From Deltaproteobacteria bacterium (GTDB lineage Bacteria; Desulfobacterota; Desulfomonilia; UBA1062): DNA of 64,000 bases. The stretch lies in NCBI GenBank assembly GCA_015486075.1, contig WFSG01000040.1:4647-68646 (forward strand), read 5' to 3'. The translations under genes and the position numbers were made by a program. This document shows positions 1 to 8,920 of the stretch, piece after piece; position 1 is the stretch's first letter; each line of letters starts with the position of its first letter. Under the pieces are notes generated by a model. The model saw only the letters and a program-made list of their open reading frames with translations. It was not told the origin of the DNA and ran no database searches.

Positions 1-72
1 TACTTGAACTGGTGGAGAAAGCCAAAAAATCAAAGACCTAGAACGTTACCCGGGCAATCCACCACCTTGAAG

Positions 73-1302
73 CTAAGAGACATCAGTACTACTTATAATT
101 GTGGACTCTTTCAAGACAGGGAACAAGACTAGGCCTAGGACCATGAGGCCAATTAGAATTAACATGGATGGCGTCATTGAGCCTGTTGCAGGTGACTTGA
201 ACCTATCCATGGCGAGTATAAATATTATGCCTGATATCTGGCCCATGAGTATGAGTAGCCCGTTTGACGTGCCTTCAGGCGCAGGATAGGTCACCTCGGC
301 CCCGTATTGAAATCCAATTGGTCCGGCACTCATGACAAAGAAACCAAAAATGAACCCGGACACAAGCAAGAGCCAGTAGCTCGTGGCAAAGGTAATCCCA
401 AGTAGCCCTGGTATTGCGCCTACCAGAGCCAAGAGTATAAAGGGCTTCCTTTTCCTGAAAAAGTCGGATAAAGGGGGCATCACAACAGCGCCTATTATGC
501 CCCCTATGATCATCAGTCCACCTAGGTTACCTGCCTGCACAACAGTAAAGCCCCTGGGCCTTATTATGTCCTCGATCCATGTGGTAACACCATTGAAGAT
601 ACCAAGGCCGATAAAGAATACAACCATGAGAATAATAAAGTCCCTCTGCCTTAGCATCTGCTTCAAACCGTCCAGCATCAGCGCCCTTTCCTCCTGGCCT
701 GGCAGGCATGGTGGTGTTGGAGGATTTTCCCTTGCAAGGACAATAAAGGTAAATGCCGATACCATGGCTACCACGCCGTAAATGTAGAGCATACCAGGTA
801 AGCCGTGCTTTATGGTGAGGTAAGGAGTGAGGGCCATTCCAGCTGCAATGCCAAGGTACATTGCAAGGGATCCAAGACCGGCGGCTGTTGCCCTCTCGTT
901 AATGGGAAACCACCTGGCTGCAACCTTTGTAATGGAGTTCAGTACAAATGGCTGGCCAACTGCGATGCCTATCTGTGATAGTAAAACAAGGTCGTAGTCC
1001 GATGCAAATATACCCCTGGTCAACGCGAAAACACCCGTCAGTACCGTGCCAATACCCACGCCTACCCTGAAACCATATGTATCAATGACCCAAGAGGCAG
1101 GGATGGACACGAATACATATACGACCATGAAGCTCATGGAGAATAGGCCTATCTTGAGATCAGATACCCCGTAGAACTGGGCTGCGTCCTTGGTGATAGG
1201 TGCAAAGGTTATCCATAGAAGCTGGGTCATCCCGAGTATGAACATGAATGCAGAAAGCACGACCCATCTGTACCCATAAACCTTTATCTCTGACTCTGCC
1301 AT
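73..1302 (-). CDS. MFS family transporter
   Basis: Twelve-TM-like hydrophobic profile across about 410 aa with MFS-type loops. The start was trimmed to the ATG at 1302 (MAESEIKVYGY), which is preceded by GGAGGT; the ORF track extends further 5' without an RBS. Confidence 0.7.
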   Translation of the reverse strand: MAESEIKVYGYRWVVLSAFMFILGMTQLLWITFAPITKDAAQFYGVSDLKIGLFSMSFMVVYVFVSIPASWVIDTYGFRVGVGIGTVLTGVFALTRGIFASDYDLVLLSQIGIAVGQPFVLNSITKVAARWFPINERATAAGLGSLAMYLGIAAGMALTPYLTIKHGLPGMLYIYGVVAMVSAFTFIVLARENPPTPPCLPGQEERALMLDGLKQMLRQRDFIILMVVFFIGLGIFNGVTTWIEDIIRPRGFTVVQAGNLGGLMIIGGIIGAVVMPPLSDFFRKRKPFILLALVGAIPGLLGITFATSYWLLLVSGFIFGFFVMSAGPIGFQYGAEVTYPAPEGTSNGLLILMGQISGIIFILAMDRFKSPATGSMTPSMLILIGLMVLGLVLFPVLKESTIISSTDVS

Positions 1303-1453
1303 TAAAGTGACCTCCTTCCAAGAAGTTACAATACAGATGACACTTATATATCGCATTCTCTGATAAATCCAGAAAAAACCACTGCAGCCTTGACCCTTGC
1401 CATGCCTATAGAGTAATAATAAGCTTACCACAAAATTGAAAGGAGGTTTATCC

Positions 1454-3097
1454 ATGTCAAAGAGAGTCTATCAACCAGGGGAGGCCTACGACTACCAGCT
1501 TACAATAGGTCAACTATTGGAAACACCAAAGTTCTATGCACCTAACCAGGAAATCGTCTACAGGGATAAGCTTAGGTACACATACAAAGACCTCTTCGTG
1601 AGAATCAACCAGCTTGCTAATGTACTGACAGACCTAGGTATAAAACAAGGGGATACGGTATGCGTTTTCGATTTCGACTCTCACCGATATCTTGAGAGTT
1701 TCTTTGCCATACCCATGATAGGTGCTGTCATGCACACCATGAACTGGAGGCTTTCCCCTGAACAGATAATATACACAATGAACCACGCAGAGGATGATCT
1801 TGTAATCATACACAAGGAATTCCTACCCATACTCGAACAAATAAAGGATAAACTCACCACGCTTAAGAAGATAGTTGTAATAGCCGACGATGGCAAGATG
1901 CCAGAGACCAAGTTAAACATTGAAGGGGAATATGAAGATCTTCTGGGCAAGGCCTCCCCAGACTTTGATTTCCCTGACCTCGACGAGAATACAAAGGCAA
2001 GCACTTTTTACACAACCGGGACAACAGGCCTCCCAAAGGGGGTATATTTTTCCCACAGGCAGCTCGTTTTACACACCCTGGGCCTCATCTCAATAGGTGG
2101 ATGCTATGACTCCCCAACTGGCCTTTCTGTAAGAGACGTCTACATGCCACTTACACCGATGTTCCACGTGCATGCCTGGGGTGTACCTTACGCAGCTACC
2201 ATGCTAGGCATAAAGCAGGTGTACCCAGGCAAATACGAACCTGCCATGCTGCTCAAGCTGTTGCTGGAAGAAAAGGTGACATTCTCCCATTGCGTTCCCA
2301 CTATACTCCAGATGCTTGTAGGCAGCCCTGTTGCAAAGCAGGTTGATCTTTCCCACTGGAAAGTAATAATTGGCGGCGCAAGACTCCCCAAGGGCCTTGC
2401 AAAGGCTGCAACTGAACTTGGGATAACTGTGCAGGCTGCATACGGTATGTCAGAAACCTGTCCACTGGTGAGCATATCTAATTTCAAGCCACACATGTTC
2501 GAATGGGACAAAGAAAAACAGCTCGACATACTGGTAAAAACAGGCATACCTGCACCTATGGTAAAGGTTGAGATTGTGGACCCAAGTGGCAATCCACTAC
2601 CCCACGACGGAAAGGTAACAGGAGAGCTGGTAATAAGAGCACCATGGCTAACGCCAGGATATTTCAAGGATCCAGAGAAATCCAAGGATCTCTGGAGGAA
2701 TGGTTGGTTGCACACAGGCGACGTTGCATACATAGACGAGGAGGGCTATATCCAGATCACGGACAGGATAAAGGACGTGATCAAGAGCGGTGGAGAATGG
2801 GTATCATCCCTTGACCTGGAGAACCTTATGAGTATGCACGAAGCCGTACTCGAGGCGGCTGCAATCGGCATTCCCGACGAGAAATGGGGGGAAAGACCCA
2901 TGATGCTGGTCACACTTAAGCCTGGATTCGAGGACAAGGTAAAGGAAGAGGACTTCAAGGAATACATGAAGAAATGTGCTGAAGATGGCAAGATACCCAA
3001 GTACGGAGTACCTGACAAGTACGTTATTGTAGACCAGATCCCCAAGACAAGTGTAGGCAAGATAGACAAAAAAGAACTCAGAAAGATGTATCACTAG
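1454..3097 (+). CDS. AMP-dependent acyl-CoA synthetase/ligase (fatty-acid--CoA ligase family)
   Basis: Adenylate-forming motifs are present: TTGTTGLPKGV (A3 P-loop-like), YGMSET, and GWLHTGDVAYIDEEGYIQITDRIKDVIKSGGEWVSS (A8), with a C-terminal K. AAAGGAGG lies upstream of the ATG at 1454. Confidence 0.85.
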   Translation: MSKRVYQPGEAYDYQLTIGQLLETPKFYAPNQEIVYRDKLRYTYKDLFVRINQLANVLTDLGIKQGDTVCVFDFDSHRYLESFFAIPMIGAVMHTMNWRLSPEQIIYTMNHAEDDLVIIHKEFLPILEQIKDKLTTLKKIVVIADDGKMPETKLNIEGEYEDLLGKASPDFDFPDLDENTKASTFYTTGTTGLPKGVYFSHRQLVLHTLGLISIGGCYDSPTGLSVRDVYMPLTPMFHVHAWGVPYAATMLGIKQVYPGKYEPAMLLKLLLEEKVTFSHCVPTILQMLVGSPVAKQVDLSHWKVIIGGARLPKGLAKAATELGITVQAAYGMSETCPLVSISNFKPHMFEWDKEKQLDILVKTGIPAPMVKVEIVDPSGNPLPHDGKVTGELVIRAPWLTPGYFKDPEKSKDLWRNGWLHTGDVAYIDEEGYIQITDRIKDVIKSGGEWVSSLDLENLMSMHEAVLEAAAIGIPDEKWGERPMMLVTLKPGFEDKVKEEDFKEYMKKCAEDGKIPKYGVPDKYVIVDQIPKTSVGKIDKKELRKMYH

Positions 3098-3105
3098 AAG
3101 ATAAG

Positions 3106-3155
3106 GGGTCGGGCCTGTTAAGCTAGAGAAGTCCCTGCGAATCAAGGCCCGGCCC
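3106..3155. terminator. candidate bidirectional stem-loop between convergent genes
   Basis: GGGTCGGGCC at 3106-3115 can pair with GGCCCGGCCC at 3146-3155, giving a 10-bp stem with one G-T wobble and a large loop. It sits between the converging acyl-CoA ligase and ADH 3' ends. The T-tract is weak. Confidence 0.25.
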
Positions 3156-3182
3156 TGTTGTAGCTTCCTGGTTACCTAGGCC

Positions 3183-4190
3183 TCATGCTACTCTGATCAC
3201 AGCGTTCTGAGTCTCAAGCTCACCCTTCTTCGCTGCAATAAGCACATCACACAGGTCCTCGAGGGGATATACCTTTATAGAGGGCTTCAGGTTGAGCCTA
3301 TCTGCAATCTCAAGGAAGGCAGTTGCATCCTTCCTGTTCACGTTGTATAGTGTCTTTATATCCTTCCCCCACAGGTTTTTACTGTAATCATTGATAACTA
3401 TTTCAGATGAGCTAACCGGTGCAAGGACTAGAGTGCCACCCCTTTCAATAGATGCCAGGGCCAGCTCAACCAGGTTACCTGCCGGGGGAAAGATTATGGC
3501 GGAATCAAGACTATTTGGCATGGTTTCCTTTGTGGCGTCTGCCACCCATGAGGCCCCTGAAAGCCTCGCAGCCTGGATATTCTTCTCAGACCTTGTACTT
3601 ACGTACACTTCAATACCCAGGTATTTAGCCACCTCGAGCACGTAATAGGCGGTCGGCCCAAATCCAAAGATGCCGAGCCTGTCACCCTTTTTAGCACCTG
3701 TCAACACCAGTGAGCAGTATCCTGCTATACCAGGGCACATGAGTGGAGCAATGATCTCCGGTTCCAGGTGCATGTCTCTTAGGGAAAGAGCAAATTGCTC
3801 TTTTATAACCATATACTCGGCATAACCACCATCCGCGTCCCAGCCCGTTGCCTTAAACTCAGGGCAGTAGTTCTCTCTACCTGATGTACAGTACTTACAC
3901 CTGCCGCAAGTACTGTTTAACCAGCTCACACCCACCATGTCGCCCTTCTTGTGATTCATCACGCCTTCACCCAGCTCGTCTACTATGCCCACAACCTCAT
4001 GACCCAGGATTACAGGTGACCTCTTCAGGTCGAGGTCACCTTCTGCAATGTGCAGATCTGTCCTGCAGACCCCGCAGAACAGGTTTTTTATCCTGATTTC
4101 ACCCCTTGATGCATGTGGCTCAGGAACCTCGGCGAGCCTTAGGGGCCTGTTTTCTATCTTGTCCTGCGACTCAAGTAACCATGCTTTCAT
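3183..4190 (-). CDS. zinc-dependent alcohol dehydrogenase (MDR family)
   Basis: Zn-ligand region GHEVVGIV plus CGVCRTDLH; structural Zn cysteines C..CKYC; GxGxxG Rossmann motif; 335 aa. Confidence 0.85.
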   Translation of the reverse strand: MKAWLLESQDKIENRPLRLAEVPEPHASRGEIRIKNLFCGVCRTDLHIAEGDLDLKRSPVILGHEVVGIVDELGEGVMNHKKGDMVGVSWLNSTCGRCKYCTSGRENYCPEFKATGWDADGGYAEYMVIKEQFALSLRDMHLEPEIIAPLMCPGIAGYCSLVLTGAKKGDRLGIFGFGPTAYYVLEVAKYLGIEVYVSTRSEKNIQAARLSGASWVADATKETMPNSLDSAIIFPPAGNLVELALASIERGGTLVLAPVSSSEIVINDYSKNLWGKDIKTLYNVNRKDATAFLEIADRLNLKPSIKVYPLEDLCDVLIAAKKGELETQNAVIRVA

Positions 4191-4194
4191 AGTT

Positions 4195-4700
4195 CAACTC
4201 CTGTATAGGAACATGGCATAAGGCGTAGGGCACAAGGTATAAGGTGTAGGGTATAAGGTTTATGATTCAGGTTCCAGGTGCCAGGTACCAGGCAAATAAC
4301 CTGAAGGCTGACAGCAGAAAGCTGAAAGTTAATCTAAAACTTTGTGCCTTTGTGCCTCTGTGCCTTTGTCCCTATCTTTTAATCTTTGTCCCTTTTCTAT
4401 GCTTTAGCCTAATGCTTTTTGCCTTCCGCCTTAAACCTTATACCCTATACCTTCTATTATTTTTTACCTGACACCCGGTACCTGATACCTGGCACCCTGT
4501 CTTTCCCTACGCCTTCCGCCTTCCGCCTTCCGCCTTAAACCTTGTACCCTACACCTTGTACCTTAAACCTTTTATTATTATATCTTTTCTTTTACTTGGC
4601 ACCTGATACCTGGCACCCGAGACCTTGTCTTCTTTACCTTAAACCCTATACCTTGTACCTTGTACCCTGTACCCCATACCTTGTACCATCTCTTTATACC
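4195..4700. repeat. intergenic heptamer-repeat palindromic element, copy A
   Basis: A purine-rich heptamer array (GGCATAA/GGTATAA/GGTGTAG...) at about 4215-4260, a conserved core at about 4270-4420 (GGTGCCAGGTACCAGGCAAATAACCTGAAGGCTGA...CTTTGTGCC...), and pyrimidine-rich heptamers (CCTTATA/CCCTATA/CCTTCCG/CCTTGTA) out to 4700. An internal inverted repeat pairs GGTGCCAGGTACCAGG at about 4278 with CCTGATACCTGGCACC at about 4480 and 4600. A second copy lies at 7665-8040. Confidence 0.8.
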
Positions 4701-6280
4701 ATCTCTACCCCATACTTTTTATCATCAACTTGCCCACGTCTTAAAACCTTCATGGCCTCTGGAAGGAAATCCATTATGTCCCTGGCAGTCATGCCGTCTT
4801 CACCTTTCTTGCTTGCAGCAAGGTCGCCTGAGAGGCCGTGCATGAATACACCCATCCTTGCTGCGTCCTCAAGTTTCAGTCCAAGTCCAAACATGGCTGC
4901 AATTGTGCCTGTGAGCACGTCACCTGAACCTGCCGTTGCCATGCCTGGATTCCCGGTCATGTTTATGAACATGCTTCCGTCCGGGTAGCCTACAAGGGAA
5001 TGTGCACCCTTTAGCACTATTATGCTATCAAACCTTGAACACGCATCTTTAAGCACCTGTATCCTGTTACCTGTAACCTCACGTATGCCCAGGCCTACCA
5101 GCCTTGACATCTCGCCTGGATGAGGGGTGAGTATGGTCTTTGCCTTTCTCTGCTTCAGGATCTCTGGCTTACTGGATACGGCTGTTATCCCGTCCCCGTC
5201 AACAAGTATTGGTTTTTCAATCTTTAGGACCAGGTCCCTTACAAGTTGCTGTGTCTCCTCATTTAGAGAAATACCAGGACCTATAACCACCATGTCAACC
5301 TTCTCCGAAAGTTCTAAGAGGAAGCTCATGTTTTCCATGGATATGCTACCAGAAGCTGTCTCCTTCAAGGGGACGAAAACAATTTCGCTACCCCTAGTAG
5401 CAACGGAAGATACCATGGAGGCAGGTAGGGCAAGTCTCGAATATCCTCCCCCTGCTCTTAGAAATGACATGGCAGCAAAATACGGCGCACCAAAATAGGT
5501 TGATGCACCTGCTATAAAAAGCACGTCCCCGAAGTCACCCTTGTGTCCGTCGGTAGCCCTTGAAACAAGGCCTACGGGTTCATTTGTCTCCACCTTAAGG
5601 GAATCAGAGTCGTAGAGCGAGGGCGGGAAGGATATGTGAGACACGTAGAGTCTACCGCATAGTTCGTACCCAGGAAAGAGCATGTTACCTATCTTGGGAA
5701 GTCCAAAGGTAACGGTATGATCTGCCCTTACAGCAGTACCCATGACGCTACCTGTATTGCCGTTTACCCCGGAAGGTATGTCTACGCTAAAGACCTTTTT
5801 TCTGCTCTCGTTTATGAGATCTATGGCATCTCTATATATGCCTTCAACATCTCTTGACAGGCCAGTACCAAATATCGCATCAACGATGGCATCCGAGTGC
5901 ATGGTCTCCTTTCTTGCGTCTTCCATGGTAGACTTAGTGCCAACCCTTACAATGTCGATCGCTAGCCTGGATACGATCTCGAAGTTCCTTTTTGCTGCAC
6001 CCTGGTACTTGCCTGGATCTCCAAGCATGAACACCTTGACCCTGCCGCCAGCCGAGTGTATCTTCCTGGCAACAACCAGGCCATCCCCGCCGTTGTTACC
6101 TATCCCAGAAAAGACAACAAACCTCTTTTCCTTTATACCGAGTTCTCTTAGTATAACAAAGTAGACTGCCTGGCCCGCGTTTTCCATGAGTATCTCGTCA
6201 GGTATGCCTAGGTTTTCAATTGCATGCCTGTCCATGGCCCTCATCTGTTCGACCGTGCTTATTTTCATGTCACCCTCCAA
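4694..6280 (-). CDS. nnr: bifunctional NAD(P)H-hydrate epimerase / ADP-dependent dehydratase (Nnr; YjeF-N + YjeF-C)
   Basis: The N-terminal YjeF_N domain carries GIGNNGGDGLVVAR. The C-terminal carbohydrate-kinase-like domain carries GPGISLNEE and a GSGDVLTG motif; 528 aa. Confidence 0.85.
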   Translation of the reverse strand: MEGDMKISTVEQMRAMDRHAIENLGIPDEILMENAGQAVYFVILRELGIKEKRFVVFSGIGNNGGDGLVVARKIHSAGGRVKVFMLGDPGKYQGAAKRNFEIVSRLAIDIVRVGTKSTMEDARKETMHSDAIVDAIFGTGLSRDVEGIYRDAIDLINESRKKVFSVDIPSGVNGNTGSVMGTAVRADHTVTFGLPKIGNMLFPGYELCGRLYVSHISFPPSLYDSDSLKVETNEPVGLVSRATDGHKGDFGDVLFIAGASTYFGAPYFAAMSFLRAGGGYSRLALPASMVSSVATRGSEIVFVPLKETASGSISMENMSFLLELSEKVDMVVIGPGISLNEETQQLVRDLVLKIEKPILVDGDGITAVSSKPEILKQRKAKTILTPHPGEMSRLVGLGIREVTGNRIQVLKDACSRFDSIIVLKGAHSLVGYPDGSMFINMTGNPGMATAGSGDVLTGTIAAMFGLGLKLEDAARMGVFMHGLSGDLAASKKGEDGMTARDIMDFLPEAMKVLRRGQVDDKKYGVEMV

Positions 6281-6319
6281 GATAAGTACTTCATGAAACC
6301 GAATGCTAGATTAAATACA

Positions 6320-6351
6320 CGTTGCATTCAAGAACTTATACGTATGCAACG
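6320..6351 (-). terminator. candidate hairpin downstream of ycaO
   Basis: CGTTGCAT at 6320-6327 pairs with ATGCAACG at 6344-6351 (8-bp stem, 16-nt loop), 66 nt past the ycaO stop. On the minus-strand RNA it is followed by GUGUAUUUAAUCU, which is only moderately U-rich. Confidence 0.25.
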
Positions 6352-6416
6352 ATGGTGTTGTATTTTCGTATCTTACTATTGTCGTGGCAAAGATAAATCT
6401 TAAAAGCCTTAACCAC

Positions 6417-7655
6417 CTAAGGTGTTGTATCAAATGTAACCACAGGCCTATAAAAAAGGTAGCCGTTTTTCATGCCGGACATGATGACGCGCACCACGGG
6501 TATACCCAGGTCCGGGTGCGTCAGGTCAAAGGCGAACACATCGTGACTTAAAGATAGCCTGTCCAGTATGCTTGTAAGATCACACGGATATGGATCCCCC
6601 GCATCTTTTATGGCCACAGGCCCCTTGCACCTGTTTATCCAGAAGTCTTCAGGCACGTATGCACTGTACCTCTCGGGTGGCACCCTGGTCTTTATGTACC
6701 TTACAATGGGCAAATACTGTCTCCTCGTCCTCCACTCGTAGAAGAAAGTGAATGCCCTTTGCTGGACGAGTTCCAGTATTGCCTGGTTAAGGGCTACTCT
6801 CAGGTCTACATGGGAAGCCGTACCCATGAAGAACGTGCGGCAGTACTCATCCCAGGCAGTTGCAGCAACCGAGTAGAATCCTTCGTCAAGGGAGGTATAA
6901 TAGAAGGCCCTCAGACCAAGCCCCTGGTCTTTGAACAGCTCCAGCCAGGTCTCGAAAAAATCGTCACCTTCTAAAGATAACTCAGTCGGTAGAGGTTCAA
7001 TTCCCCTAGAGATCGTGAACTGGAAATCCCTCTCTATCACCTCGCATATACCAGATATTATGGCATCATCCAGCGTGTTACCAGCTGCAAGCCCGTTGGA
7101 AAAGAAGAAACCCAGCCTCCTAGTCTCAAAGCCTTCAAAGGGATAGGCAGAGTCAGGTATATCCATGAGAACAAAGTCAACGGGTATGAATACCTGCCTT
7201 TCATGAAGGAGATCCGTGGCATAATACCACGTGAGTTCCTTGTCCTTTGAATATTCCACCCCTGGTGGCAGATACAATGTCTCTGGGTCCAGGGCATCTG
7301 GCGCAAATTCATTGTACGTCCCAACCTTGATGCGGCCCTCTAGAGGTGTGTAGGATGCAGTGTACCTCTCTATTGCCTCCATGATACAGGAAAGTCTTGA
7401 CTGGTCAGGGCTAAGCCCTTTACCCGAGTGCACGTAGGAGAAGTCTAGGTTACCCCACTCTTTAAGATTGCTGAAATCTACTGAGCCAAGCATGGAGGGC
7501 CTCAAGGTAAGGTGAACAGGGATACCAAGGCTGTCCACAAAGCTTATATCAATGGGATCCACTGCATTTATAACACCTAAGAGGGGCTCCACCCGGCCAA
7601 GGGTAGTTCCGACATCAGCTTTTCTCCAGTATAGTTTGGAATCGAGATTATTCAT
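6417..7655 (-). CDS. ycaO: YcaO-domain protein (standalone; no TfuA or E1-like partner in the window)
   Basis: YcaO ATP-binding signature region GKGLSPDQSRLSCIMEAIERY and a C-terminal ...GIPVVRVIMSG. The start was set at the ATG at 7655 (MNNLDSKLYWRK); the longer ORF-track N-terminus (MYLKPCTLYLVPWALCL) is an in-frame translation of the heptamer repeats. No clear RBS. Confidence 0.75.
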   Translation of the reverse strand: MNNLDSKLYWRKADVGTTLGRVEPLLGVINAVDPIDISFVDSLGIPVHLTLRPSMLGSVDFSNLKEWGNLDFSYVHSGKGLSPDQSRLSCIMEAIERYTASYTPLEGRIKVGTYNEFAPDALDPETLYLPPGVEYSKDKELTWYYATDLLHERQVFIPVDFVLMDIPDSAYPFEGFETRRLGFFFSNGLAAGNTLDDAIISGICEVIERDFQFTISRGIEPLPTELSLEGDDFFETWLELFKDQGLGLRAFYYTSLDEGFYSVAATAWDEYCRTFFMGTASHVDLRVALNQAILELVQQRAFTFFYEWRTRRQYLPIVRYIKTRVPPERYSAYVPEDFWINRCKGPVAIKDAGDPYPCDLTSILDRLSLSHDVFAFDLTHPDLGIPVVRVIMSGMKNGYLFYRPVVTFDTTP

Positions 7656-7664
7656 ATTATAAAA

Positions 7665-8040
7665 GCAGGACATAAGGCACAGGGCCCAGGGTACAAGGTA
7701 TAAGGTACAGGGTTTAAGGTACAAGGTGCAAGGTGTAAGGTACAGAAGACAAGGTTTCGGGTGCCGGGTATCAGGTACCAGGCAAATGACCTGGAGGCTG
7801 AGAGCTAATCTAACCCTTTGTCCCTTTGTGCCTTTTCTATCCTTGCGCCTTCTGCCCTACGCCTTCCGCCTTAAACCTTATACCTGGAACCCGGCACCTG
7901 AAACCCGATATCTGATACCTGTATCTTTTACCTTAAACCCTATACCTTAAACCCTATACCCTATACCTTAAACCCTATACCCTGTACCTTATACCTTGTA
8001 CCCTATGCCTTCCGCCTTATGCCTTATGCCTCTAACCTTA
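7665..8040. repeat. intergenic heptamer-repeat palindromic element, copy B
   Basis: A purine-rich heptamer array (GTACAAG/GTATAAG/GTTTAAG/GTGCAAG) at about 7690-7750. The core at about 7755-7870 is about 85% identical to the core of copy A (GGTGCCGGGTATCAGGTACCAGGCAAATGACCTGGAGGCTGAGAG...CTTTGTCCCTTTGTGCC...GCCTTCCGCCTTAAACCTTATACC). An inverted segment CCTGGAACCCGGCACC lies at about 7883. More than 15 CCYTRYA heptamers follow at about 7930-8040. Confidence 0.8.
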
Positions 8041-8892
8041 CACCCCAAAGTCCCTTACAGGCTTTAATTCTTCCATGGGATAGACCTGACCCTGCTTTGG
8101 AGGCATGGAGTTGTACACCCATTCAATATCAACACTACTAAGATTTATGCCCAAGTGCTTTTCTTCCTTTCTGTAAACACCCCTTACCAGCACGTCCTCC
8201 ATGTCAAGGCTCAGTGCAAAGATCGCGACCTCTGAACCATCGGGTATCCTGGATAGTTCCTCTGAATAGGCAAGTGGAGAGAAAACAAGTCTCGTGCTAT
8301 CTGCAGCCTGGCACTGGAGAACGGGTATTATGGCAGGGAAACCATCGTCATCCACGTACGATAGGAATTTCAATGCGTTCAGGCGGTTGAAAAGGCCTTC
8401 AGCCCAGGGTTTAAGGATGGTCCCGTTGCCATGGGAAGAGAAGGCGCCCTTTGCTAGTTTTGTCATGAGCAATGACAAGGCTATGCTTCCAAGGGGGAGT
8501 TTTTCTTTTCCATAAGTCTCTACCAGGTCCATGTAGTGTATGGTATGGATACCCATGTAGGCATTGTAGCGAAACATTGGTTTCTTATTAAACATCTCGT
8601 ATTCCTTGCCCTCTTTCTCCTCGTGGGTCCATCTGGCTTTGCCGCGCCACAGGTCACGCTTTAACGTCATTATCAAGAAACCTGTGTTAGGGTTAGTCTT
8701 CACGTTCTTCTTGCTCTGGCCCTCTGTAAACTGCCCCCATACGACTTCTGTTGGGGTCCTTGCCTGTAATGCCGTTATAAGCGTTACATGTGGTAGTCCC
8801 TGGGGATTTATTGTTGCCAACAGTCCTACCTTTACCTCAGGTTCGAATTCCTTCATGTCCTCTGGTTCAAACTCCCTTAGTATCTTTTTCAT
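8038..8892 (-). CDS. pyridoxamine 5'-phosphate oxidase-like FMN-binding split-barrel protein (two PNPOx-like halves)
   Basis: About 284 aa with two repeats of a PNPOx-like core (VGLLATINPQGLPHVTLI... / FLSYVDDDGFPAIIPV...). GGAGGATACC lies upstream of the ATG at 8892. Only the fold family is recognisable. Confidence 0.5.
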   Translation of the reverse strand: MKKILREFEPEDMKEFEPEVKVGLLATINPQGLPHVTLITALQARTPTEVVWGQFTEGQSKKNVKTNPNTGFLIMTLKRDLWRGKARWTHEEKEGKEYEMFNKKPMFRYNAYMGIHTIHYMDLVETYGKEKLPLGSIALSLLMTKLAKGAFSSHGNGTILKPWAEGLFNRLNALKFLSYVDDDGFPAIIPVLQCQAADSTRLVFSPLAYSEELSRIPDGSEVAIFALSLDMEDVLVRGVYRKEEKHLGINLSSVDIEWVYNSMPPKQGQVYPMEELKPVRDFGV

Positions 8893-8920
8893 GGTATCCT
8901 CCTTCGCTCTTTAGGGTATT

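Noticed and set aside
1303-1453. Sigma70-like promoter (TTGACC ... TAATAA) in the divergent region between the MFS transporter and the acyl-CoA ligase
   Set aside because: Spacing and -10 quality are ambiguous: 11-18 nt depending on which hexamer is chosen. Not enough to call.
1681-3145. Antisense ORFs inside the acyl-CoA ligase gene (1681-2004, 2188-2733, 2746-3069, 2804-3145 on the minus strand)
   Set aside because: Serine/leucine-rich, no motifs, and fully nested in a well-supported gene. Typical shadow ORFs. The same applies to 45216-45839 (-) in AOR, 58617-59429 (+) in ilvD, 34013-35135 (-) in the GT-TPR gene, and similar.
4262-4988. Plus-strand ORFs 4262-4471, 4542-4988 and 4660-4845 with proline/leucine/tyrosine-rich products (e.g. 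...LKPYTLYLLLFFT, MYPTPCTLNLLLLY...)
   Set aside because: They are in-frame translations of the CCYTRYA heptamer arrays. They lack an RBS, have repetitive low-complexity composition, and overlap nnr on the opposite strand.
7656-7950. ORF 7726-7950 (+) and the N-terminal 23-aa extension of the ycaO ORF (MYLKPCTLYLVPWALCLMSCFYN)
   Set aside because: Same artefact: heptamer repeats read in frame. ycaO more plausibly starts at the ATG at 7655.
4195-8040. Possibility that the repeat-rich regions are CRISPR arrays
   Set aside because: The repeat units are 7 bp degenerate heptamers with no unique spacers of 25-40 bp, and no cas genes occur in the window.
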